Assembly (NCBI GenBank): GCA_019358935.1
Contig: JAHHIK010000151.1
Location: forward strand, 1-16,101
DNA length: 16,101 bases
From: Tolypothrix carrinoi HA7290-LM1
Lineage (GTDB): Bacteria; Cyanobacteriota; Cyanobacteriia; Cyanobacteriales; Nostocaceae
Direction of reading: 5' to 3'
The translations under genes were made by a program, and so were the position numbers. Positions 1 to 7,163 of the stretch are shown here, piece after piece. The notes under the pieces were generated by a model that worked only from the letters and a program-made list of their open reading frames with translations, was not told where the DNA came from and did no database searches. Numbering within the stretch: the first letter of the stretch is position 1; every line of letters starts with the position of its first letter.

Positions 1-100
1 TCCCGGAATCTACTTGATTCATTTCTATCAACAATTCTAAAAAGGGCTGATTTCAGAAATACTTGTTTCTAGTACTAAATTACTACTAATTGGCGATCGC

Positions 101-124
101 AATGTGCCAGTTGCGTAAGTCCTG
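101..124 (-). mobile_element. Probable terminal inverted repeat of an IS (IS4-like) or MITE; the rest of the element lies left of the window
   Basis: The reverse complement reads CAGGACTTACGCAACTGGCACATT, which resembles cyanobacterial IS4-type ends (from memory). Intron-protein similarity starts abruptly at 125 and there is an in-frame stop at 116-118. Confidence 0.5.
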
Positions 125-256
125 TTTATAAGTGAAGAACGAGTAAACCTACACCACGTAGATGGGAATCATGACAACTGGAAGAGTAAAAATCTAACAG
201 CAATACATGAATCCTGTCACGATTATACCCACATGAGTAAAAGGGTTATCCCTTAA
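125..256 (+). pseudogene. C-terminal HNH endonuclease domain of a group II intron-encoded RT/maturase (truncated)
   Basis: Manual translation gives FISEERVNLHHVDGNHDNWKSKNLTAIHESCHDYTHMSKRVIP*, with the HH.DGN..N...NL...H..CH...H HNH pattern. It lies directly before intron domain V. Confidence 0.9.
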
Positions 257-265
257 GAATATCGG

Positions 266-342
266 GAGCCGTGTGCAGCAAAAGTTGCACGCACGGTTCT
301 AACAGAGAGGGACGGGGAATAATATCCCCTCTCGACTCTAAC
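266..342 (+). ncRNA. Group II intron domains V and VI (3' end)
   Basis: DV (266-299) is GAGCCGTGT-GCAGC-AAAA-GTTGC-AC-GCACGGTTC with the AGC triad and AC bulge. The DVI hairpin has a bulged A near 335 and ends ...CTCTAAC at 342. Confidence 0.92.
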
Positions 343-722
343 TGGTAAGAAATCACTGTTTTGCCAAGTCTATTAATGATGTAGCTTGGACTCTATTTCG
401 TCGTTGGTTAGAATATTTTGCTGGTAAGTTCAACACTCAGGTTGTAGCTGTCAATCCTCGAATGACATCTCAAAAATGTTCGGACTGCGGTGCAATTGTG
501 AAAAAATCTCTTTCAACTCGTACCCATAACTGTAGTTGTGGATGTAAATTGCAAAGGGATGTAAACGCAGCCATAAATATTCTGAATCTTGGAAAACAAG
601 CTAGGTTGGGACACAGCCGAAGTAACGCTACAGGACTAGTGACCTCTGCTCTAGTTGGTGAGAGCCTGCTTGAGCAAGTAACTAGGATGAGTGTAGAATC
701 CCCTGGTTTTCTGAACAAATGA
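343..722 (+). pseudogene. tnpB: 3' part of tnpB (IS200/IS605 RNA-guided nuclease), interrupted by the group II intron
   Basis: The frame is open from the intron end: VRNHCFAKSINDVAWTLFRRWLEYFAGKF...VNPRMTSQKCSDCG...RTHNCSCGCKLQRDVNAAINIL. This covers the Zn finger and the RuvC-III RD.NAA.NI motif. Confidence 0.92.
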
Positions 723-758
723 GCGATAGCGAAATTTGTTCAACCAGGGGAGTGTCAA
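600..758 (+). mobile_element. IS200/IS605 right end and likely omega-RNA scaffold region
   Basis: There is a subterminal hairpin CCCCTGGTT (700-708)/AACCAGGGG (742-750) with an inner stem TGAACAAAT/ATTTGTTCA. It is followed by GAGTGTCAA ending in TCAA at 755-758. The 5' boundary of the scaffold is approximate. Confidence 0.75.
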
Positions 759-948
759 TGAGACTGATATGGTTAAGTCGGTTCCAGACAAAGTGAAAGA
801 GCGCATTGTGTCAGAGATTCCTTTTTGTCGCTTCGGTAAGCCTGAGGAGGTTGCCTGGGCAGTGGCTTTCCTGCTGTCGCCCATAGCCAGCAGCTACGTG
901 ACGGGTGAGGTTCTCCGAGTCAATGGTGCCCATCACACTCTTAGTTGA
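759..948 (+). pseudogene. phaB: C-terminal fragment of an acetoacetyl-CoA reductase (PhaB/FabG-like SDR), split by the IS
   Basis: ETDMVKSVPDKVKERIVSEIPFCRFGKPEEVAWAVAFLLSPIASSYVTGEVLRVNGAHHT starts right after TCAA. It closely resembles the cyanobacterial PhaB C-terminus as I recall it. Confidence 0.75.
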
Positions 949-989
949 TAACGGCAAGGCGAATGTTGAAACACTACGGGGAGCGAACT

Positions 990-1844
990 GTGAAAACTGC
1001 GGTTGAAGAGCAGGGAATAAATGTAAACGGTTTAACCACCCGCTACTTTACGGCGGGCGATTATGACCCACCGTTAGTGTTGTTACATGGAGATGCTGAC
1101 AGCGCTGTTGATTGGTCTTGGGTGATGCCCACGCTGGCTAATCATCACCGCGTCTTGGCATTGGACTTTCCAGGTTTCGGCGATGCTGCTAAACCCAACC
1201 GGGAATACTCGGTGGAATTTCTAACGCAGTTCGTGGCTGATTTTCTCAACGCCTTAGGAATCGAGCGGGCGATACTGGTCGGCAACTCGCTAGGTGGTCT
1301 GGTTGCCCTGCGCTTTGCACTGTCACATTCAGAGAAGGTGGCTGCTTTGGTGCTGGTAGACAGTTCGGGGCTTGGTCAGGTGGTCAACCCTATCCTGTCC
1401 CTTTTGACCATGCCGTTGTACGGAGAAGCTGCAATTAGTATGTGCAAAGTGCCTCCTAGCAACAAGCTGCGAGCTAGGGCACGGGCATCGCTGTTTTTCG
1501 CTCATCCCTCCCAGGTTCCCGAAGTGTGGATAGCAGAGCAGGAGAGAATGTCGCTTCTTCCCGGCTTTCTTGAAGCCACCCTGTCCTCCCTGCGTGACCA
1601 GCTTAATGTGTTTGGACAGCGCCAGGTGCTGCTTGACTCTTTAGGGCAGTTGCAGATGCCAACCCTTGTTGTCTGGGGTACTGAGGACTTGATTTTCCCA
1701 AAAGAACAGGCTCAAGATGCGGTCAGCCGTTTACAGAAAGGACAACTCGCTTTGATACCCGACTGCGGTCACATACCCCACATTGAGCGTCCCGAACAGT
1801 TTACCGCCGCGTTAAACGACTTTTTAGCTGGAATTGACCATTAA
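990..1844 (+). CDS. Alpha/beta fold hydrolase
   Basis: Motifs are LLHG, DFPGFG, nucleophile GNSLG, WG.ED and catalytic GH.PH.E.P. The GTG at 990 follows GGGGAG; alternative starts are 945 and 963. Confidence 0.9.
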   Translation: MKTAVEEQGINVNGLTTRYFTAGDYDPPLVLLHGDADSAVDWSWVMPTLANHHRVLALDFPGFGDAAKPNREYSVEFLTQFVADFLNALGIERAILVGNSLGGLVALRFALSHSEKVAALVLVDSSGLGQVVNPILSLLTMPLYGEAAISMCKVPPSNKLRARARASLFFAHPSQVPEVWIAEQERMSLLPGFLEATLSSLRDQLNVFGQRQVLLDSLGQLQMPTLVVWGTEDLIFPKEQAQDAVSRLQKGQLALIPDCGHIPHIERPEQFTAALNDFLAGIDH

Positions 1845-1857
1845 AGGAGAAAAATTA

Positions 1858-2874
1858 ATGCAACTGAAACCAATAAATCAACAGGTCGTTGCAGTCGTAG
1901 GCGCTTCCAGCGGCATTGGACGTGAGGCAGCCCTTCAGTTTGCTCGTCGTGGAGCGAAGGTGGTTGTTTCTGCTCGCAGTGAGCCAGGGCTAAATTCTTT
2001 GGTGGATGAGATTCATGCGGATGGCGGTGAAGCAACCGCTATCGTCGCCGATGTAAGCGTATTTGAGCAAGTCAAGGCGATCGCAGACAAAGCCGTGGAG
2101 GTGTACGGGCGACTTGATACCTGGGTGCATTGTCCCGCTATTGTCGTCTTTGCTACTTTTGAGAACACAACACCAGAAGAGTTTCAGCGTGTAATTGATG
2201 TTAGTTTGATGGGGCAGGTATACGGTGCTATGGTGGCGCTACCCCATCTCAAACGTGAAGGGCGGGGGGCGCTGATCCAGCTTTCTTCCGTCTTGGGCAG
2301 GCGAAGTGTTCCGCTCCAAAGTTCCTACTGTGCGGCAAAGCACGGTATGGAAGGTTTTCTCGAAGCTTTGCGCGTCGAGTTGCAACATGAGAAAGTACCC
2401 ATCAGTGTGACGAGTGTGAAACCCGCTGCAATCAACACTCCCTTCTACAACAAATGTCGCACAAAGATAGGCGTAAAACCGGTAGGATTGCCGCCCTTGT
2501 ATAAACCCAGCCTTGTCGCCGATGCCATCCTCTACGCTGCCGAACATCCCACCCGCGACATGATGGTTGGGGATGCAGCTAGGATGATAGATTTGCTACA
2601 ACGGCTCTCGCCATCACTCGTGGATTCTTTGTTGCAGGTCATTGGCTTTCCGTTCCAGCGCACTAATGAGCCGAAGTCTGAAGACGCGCCAAACAATCTT
2701 TACGAACCTGTTCCTGAATACGACAGAGTTGAGGGTGACTTTGGCAACCTGGTAATACCAAGCATTTCTGACTTGCTGGATAAGAATCCGCCGCTCAAGT
2801 GGGGTGCGATCGCTGCTACAGCGGCGTTAGCGTTGCTGGCGGTACAAGCGTTTCAAAACAAAGGCAATATTTAG
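1858..2874 (+). CDS. SDR family oxidoreductase with a C-terminal hydrophobic tail
   Basis: It has GASSGIG and the catalytic YCAAK. AAGGAG lies upstream of the ATG at 1858. Confidence 0.92.
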   Translation: MQLKPINQQVVAVVGASSGIGREAALQFARRGAKVVVSARSEPGLNSLVDEIHADGGEATAIVADVSVFEQVKAIADKAVEVYGRLDTWVHCPAIVVFATFENTTPEEFQRVIDVSLMGQVYGAMVALPHLKREGRGALIQLSSVLGRRSVPLQSSYCAAKHGMEGFLEALRVELQHEKVPISVTSVKPAAINTPFYNKCRTKIGVKPVGLPPLYKPSLVADAILYAAEHPTRDMMVGDAARMIDLLQRLSPSLVDSLLQVIGFPFQRTNEPKSEDAPNNLYEPVPEYDRVEGDFGNLVIPSISDLLDKNPPLKWGAIAATAALALLAVQAFQNKGNI

Positions 2875-2880
2875 GTAACT

Positions 2881-3255
2881 TTAAATTGTCTGTTGCATTC
2901 CTACGCTATCGCCTGACTTCGAGGGCCATCTCACACTAAGAATAGTACAATCAGATTCAGCGACCCAAGTATGCGCTACACCTGCACACCAAAGAACGTA
3001 ATCGCCCTCACGCGATAGTACAATTTCTCTATCCTCAAACTTCAGGCAAAACCTCCCATTGATGAGGATGGAAAGTGTCGCAGCTTGGTGATTGACTGCC
3101 CACTCAGTTCTGCTGTCACCTTTTTTGTGAACACCCCATTTCACTTCTAGGTCTTGCGTGGAACGCGGATCGTCAAGAGGGCTGATAAAGTGACCAAGGA
3201 ACCATCCTCCACGATTTACGCCTTCTTCGGCATTTCCAAAAACAACTTTAGTCAT
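2881..3255 (-). CDS. Small cupin-like protein
   Basis: 124 aa with cupin-like motifs (LSILINGRF; GDYVLWCAGVAHTW). It starts 19 bp after galK on the same strand. Confidence 0.7.
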   Translation of the reverse strand: MTKVVFGNAEEGVNRGGWFLGHFISPLDDPRSTQDLEVKWGVHKKGDSRTEWAVNHQAATLSILINGRFCLKFEDREIVLSREGDYVLWCAGVAHTWVAESDCTILSVRWPSKSGDSVGMQQTI

Positions 3256-3274
3256 TTGTCAATAGTCAATAGTT

Positions 3275-4357
3275 TTATTCCCCATTCCCCAATGTTGTAA
3301 CCGGCACTAAAATTCGTCCGTTGTTACCTGCATGGTTGTATTGTTCAAGGATATTCGTTGCGATCGCTTTCCCCTCACCTGCTGCAACCAAAGCTACACA
3401 AGCACCACCAAAACCTGCACCCGTTAGCCTAGCACCAAACACTCCCGGAGTTTTCTGTAACATCCCTACCAGCGTATCAAGTGCAGGTACTGAAACTTCG
3501 TAATCATCCCGCAAGCTAGCGTGGGAAGCGTTCATCAATTCCCCAAAGCGCGAAGATGATACTTCCTGCACAGCTTCCAAAACGCGATTATTTTCTGTTA
3601 CTACGTGACGGGCGCGACGTCGTAGCGGTTCTGGTAACTCTTCCACCGCACCAGCATCAGTAATATCTCGTAGCGCCTTTACATTCAGCAACTGCGCCGC
3701 TGACTCACACTCAGCACGACGCTGGTTGTATCCACTACCCGCCAGCGTGCGAGGTACGCCGCTATCTATCACCACAATCTCTGCCCCATCTGGCAAAGGC
3801 AGTACACGCCGTTCTAAAGTACGGGTATCTAAAAACAAGATATGCTCAGTGTCAGCCAAACTGGAAGCCATCTGATCCATAATGCCGCATTGCACACCAG
3901 CGTAGCGAATTTCCGCTTGCTGTGCTAGTTGGGCAATTTCCACATCATCAATGGAGAGATTGAGAAGTTGACGCAATGCCCGCAGTATAGCAACTTCCAA
4001 AGCTGCACTGCTAGACAAACCCGAACCCATTGGAACGGAAGATTTGACGTACAAATTCAGCGGGGGTATTGTGTTTCCTGCTGATTTCAAAACCTCGATA
4101 CAGCCAAAGATGTAACTTGCGAATCCAGAGGGTGTATTATTGTTTTCGGAAATGCTAACTTTTTCGTCTAAATCTTCAGAATAAAAATGGTGCTGTCCAT
4201 CAGTACTAAAACTAACTTGTACCGTTGTGGATTGGGGAATCGCTGTTGGAAGAACGAAGCCATCGTTATAGTCGGTATGTTCACCAAGTAGGTTTACCCT
4301 TCCTGGTGCGCTGGCTTGGTTTTGTGGTGATTTATTGAATACTTTTTGGAAGTTCAT
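3275..4357 (-). CDS. galK: Galactokinase
   Basis: Motifs are APGRVNLLGEHTDYN, PMGSGLSSSAA, CGIMDQ and GARLTGAGFGG. Confidence 0.97.
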   Translation of the reverse strand: MNFQKVFNKSPQNQASAPGRVNLLGEHTDYNDGFVLPTAIPQSTTVQVSFSTDGQHHFYSEDLDEKVSISENNNTPSGFASYIFGCIEVLKSAGNTIPPLNLYVKSSVPMGSGLSSSAALEVAILRALRQLLNLSIDDVEIAQLAQQAEIRYAGVQCGIMDQMASSLADTEHILFLDTRTLERRVLPLPDGAEIVVIDSGVPRTLAGSGYNQRRAECESAAQLLNVKALRDITDAGAVEELPEPLRRRARHVVTENNRVLEAVQEVSSSRFGELMNASHASLRDDYEVSVPALDTLVGMLQKTPGVFGARLTGAGFGGACVALVAAGEGKAIATNILEQYNHAGNNGRILVPVTTLGNGE

Positions 4358-4422
4358 AATACTTTTTTAATAGCAAAAATATTAAATCTTGCACCTGTGA
4401 CCATAGATTGAACTTGATAAAA

Positions 4423-4513
4423 AAACGCAGAGTCACGCTGAGTCAAGCGCAAAGTAACACAAAGGATAAATTATAATGGTAACTGCCTTAACATGAGGTG
4501 TACCTCTGCGTTT
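4423..4513. repeat. Intergenic inverted repeat with degenerate ~10-nt tandem units
   Basis: AAACGCAGAG (4423-4432) pairs with CTCTGCGTTT (4504-4513). Internal units include ACGCAGAGTC and ACGCTGAGTC. Confidence 0.55.
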
Positions 4514-4556
4514 AAACATAAAAATTCACCGTTACTACTTTTTTTTCATTTGTGTT

Positions 4557-5645
4557 TTAACTCTCCAAAACCAGCGATCGCAATCTTCCTTCTACCTCCA
4601 CGCTGGGAAAACTTGGATCAAAAGTCATATTTTCCAACTTTCCATCACCAAGAATCACAAAAGTATCTTCAATCTTTGCCCCTGGTAAACTGGGATTCCA
4701 AGCTACAGCCATGTTTTCTGCTAAAGTATCTTTTGTGAATGGATTTGCGACAACTTCCCGCGCTAAATATCCGGTAGTTCCTCCTTGGTGATGTTCTTTA
4801 ATGGCATTGGGAAATCCGTGTTGTTCGTAAGCAACCGCCAAGGCGTGATAAACTTCGTCTAGAGTAGTTCCTCTTTTGCACATGTTCAGCGCTTGAGCTT
4901 CAATTTCGCGGACATGACGGTGTAAATCAGCGCGTTCATCCGAAAGCGCACCAAAACAGACAAATCGTGTCAAATTCGCATACAAACCGTATCCCCTAGC
5001 GCAAAACACCATCATTGCTTGCCGTCCAATCTGTTCGCCAGTGGGTGTAGCATGACGGTATAGCGGTAAACGTCTCTCACCGGCTACCAAGGTCAGCGCT
5101 GGATGCAAACCAGAAGCCCACAAAGCCTCTGCACCCGCACCCGCTAACTGATATTCTGTCCAGGTAGGCTTGGCAGCTTTGAGTACCTCTGTCATCGCAA
5201 CGCTAGCTTTTTGCCCTACTTGGCGATATCGCTCAAGTTCACTTGACATCATTACTCTTTTATGCTGTTGTAAAGATGGGGGTAATGGCTTTTCTATTTG
5301 AGTGATGGGATGGTCGCTTAAAATTTCCCCCCCAGCCGTAACATCACGGACAAAAGACTCACGGGCATCAGCATCAGCCCAACGGTTGACGTGCAACTTG
5401 AAATTAACTGGCAATTCTTCATCCACAAGACGCTGCGCCTCAATTTCATCCGTCAATACCCAAGCATCTTCTGCCGTTACCAGCACTTCTGCTACCCCAG
5501 TTTCAGCGGTAAGCAGCACGGTGTTAGAAGCACCAGCAGTCACCCAAGCAAACCAGTCTGTACCGCGTAATCGTACACCTTGCGCCTCCTGAACGCTGAG
5601 GGTTTGGCGAATTAATTCCAACTTGATAGAAACTTCTTCATTCAT
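4557..5645 (-). CDS. M24 (pita-bread fold) peptidase-like protein
   Basis: The C-terminal domain has YANLTRF, HHQGG.TGY and KIEDT motifs, and the N-terminal domain is creatinase-like. Confidence 0.85.
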   Translation of the reverse strand: MNEEVSIKLELIRQTLSVQEAQGVRLRGTDWFAWVTAGASNTVLLTAETGVAEVLVTAEDAWVLTDEIEAQRLVDEELPVNFKLHVNRWADADARESFVRDVTAGGEILSDHPITQIEKPLPPSLQQHKRVMMSSELERYRQVGQKASVAMTEVLKAAKPTWTEYQLAGAGAEALWASGLHPALTLVAGERRLPLYRHATPTGEQIGRQAMMVFCARGYGLYANLTRFVCFGALSDERADLHRHVREIEAQALNMCKRGTTLDEVYHALAVAYEQHGFPNAIKEHHQGGTTGYLAREVVANPFTKDTLAENMAVAWNPSLPGAKIEDTFVILGDGKLENMTFDPSFPSVEVEGRLRSLVLES

Positions 5646-5686
5646 AGAAAATTCATATTAAAACAAACTTACGGTTATCGTATTAT

Positions 5687-5765
5687 GTAGGTCAGGCATC
5701 TTGCCTGACTGAGTATAAGTAGTGTTACGGAGCGCGACGTTAAAAGCCGTGCTTCGTAACACTAC
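5687..5765. repeat. GTAG-type REP-like hairpins
   Basis: GTAG-GTCAGGCA-TCT-TGCCTGAC (5687-5709) and GTAGTGTTACG...CGTAACACTAC (5719-5765). Confidence 0.65.
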
Positions 5766-5854
5766 CCCCCTCTAATCGTTAATTCCTAAGAAAAACCTCC
5801 TTAGCTTTCAGTAAGGTTGTATTCGCTCTTCTGTATCGCTTGCACGCTTTGGGG

Positions 5855-6053
5855 TTGAACAGGGTGTAAGGGGGTAGGGTGTGGGGTGTAGGGTTCGGTT
5901 AGATGGGGATTCAAACCCCAACGCGCCCGAAGACACCGTAAAAGACGGTGGGGTTTTAGACCCCATTGCTCCTGGGGCGGGGTCTTCCAATCTTCAAGGT
6001 ATTCCCCACACCCCACACCCCACACCCCACACCCCACACCCAGGAGCGAAGCG
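5855..6053 (-). mobile_element. Miniature palindromic non-autonomous element, copy 1 (IS200/IS605-like ends)
   Basis: On the minus strand it reads TTTAT|CGCTTCGCTCCTGGG(TGTGGGG)n...CCCAGGAGCAATGGGGTCTAAAACCCCACCGTC...CTGTTCAA. It is homologous to 9837-10121. Confidence 0.8.
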
Positions 6054-6062
6054 ATAAAGTTA

Positions 6063-7163
6063 TCACAACCGGACTGGCGTTTGGAGATTCACCACGACTG
6101 CTTGCAACTCCTTCGCCTTCTCCTCTGGAAGCGCATCATTCGCAAACATTCCCGCTGCAAGTTCAGTTCCCGCCAAATACTTCAGCCTTTCGCTTGTCCG
6201 ATATGGTGGGTAAAACTGAGCGTGTAAATGCGCTTCCGGATGCGCTTGTCCGTCAGTTGGTGCACCGAACCAAGCCATCAGATAAGGAAACGGGCGATTC
6301 CACAAACCGTCATACTTGAGAGTGACAGTTTTTAAGGCTTTGGCAAGTCCCTGACGTTGTACGTTCGTAAGTTCCATGAACGTGGGAACAGGCTTAATTG
6401 GCGCAATCCAAACTTCATAGGGGTAACGAGCGCATACCGGGACGAATGCGATCGCATACTCATCTTGATAAAGAATCCGCTGATTGTCAGCAATCTCCTT
6501 TTGAATCAAATCTTCTAGCAAACCCCGCTGATGTTGCTGGTAAAATTGCCGCTGTTGCTCCAACATCCGTGCTGGATGTGGCGGTATAAAAGGATAAGCG
6601 TAGATTTGCCCGTGGGGATGGTGCAAAGTAACACCTACTTCTACGCCTTTGTTTTCAAAGGGTAGTACGTACTGAATTTGCGGATTTTCTCCCAAGACGC
6701 GAGTGCGATCGCCCCACACTTGCAACAGCAAATCTAGATGATCCAGTGACAAAGAACTCAGAAAGGCGTTGGGGTCTTGCGTAAAAACCACTACCTCACA
6801 GGCTCCGTTGGCAGGCATAGTTTCCACAATGCTGGCTGGCGGTTCGCGTGCAGTCACCGCCATTGACGCAAAGCGGTTATCGAACACTGCCACGTCATAC
6901 TTACCTTGAGGTAGTTCCGTAGGAAACTCAGGATTGGTCGTGGGTGCTAGCGGGTTATACTCTGGAGGCGGCATGAAAGTCCGCCCCTGACGATGACTCG
7001 CATAAGCCACCCATTCACCGCGTAACGGATGCCAGCGCAGGTGGGGATTTGCCCGCACTGGCTCGTTACTGGGGCTAGTGGCTATGATATTATCCGAAAT
7101 TGGGTATCGACTGTATAATGTCAGTTGACGTCCATCTGGCTTTAACAGCTTGTGGGAGTACAT
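6063..7163 (-). CDS. galT: Galactose-1-phosphate uridylyltransferase
   Basis: Motifs are HLRWHPLRGEWV, FENKG, HPHGQ and AGTE. It has an AGGAGG RBS and overlaps the end of the GH2 gene. Confidence 0.96.
   Translation of the reverse strand: MYSHKLLKPDGRQLTLYSRYPISDNIIATSPSNEPVRANPHLRWHPLRGEWVAYASHRQGRTFMPPPEYNPLAPTTNPEFPTELPQGKYDVAVFDNRFASMAVTAREPPASIVETMPANGACEVVVFTQDPNAFLSSLSLDHLDLLLQVWGDRTRVLGENPQIQYVLPFENKGVEVGVTLHHPHGQIYAYPFIPPHPARMLEQQRQFYQQHQRGLLEDLIQKEIADNQRILYQDEYAIAFVPVCARYPYEVWIAPIKPVPTFMELTNVQRQGLAKALKTVTLKYDGLWNRPFPYLMAWFGAPTDGQAHPEAHLHAQFYPPYRTSERLKYLAGTELAAGMFANDALPEEKAKELQAVVVNLQTPVRL

Noticed and set aside
736..758. TTG start at 736 for a 70-aa protein
   Set aside because: The first codons come from the IS right end; the rest is a gene fragment.
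3256..3293. Short heptamer repeats (GTCAATA, ATTCCCC) at the galK end
   Set aside because: Only two units each; ordinary Nostocales intergenic STRR-like sequence.
5801..6319. ORFs 5801-6037, 5808-5990 and 5966-6319
   Set aside because: These are translations of the heptamer repeats (PHTPHP/GCGVWGV) and of antisense galT, not plausible proteins.
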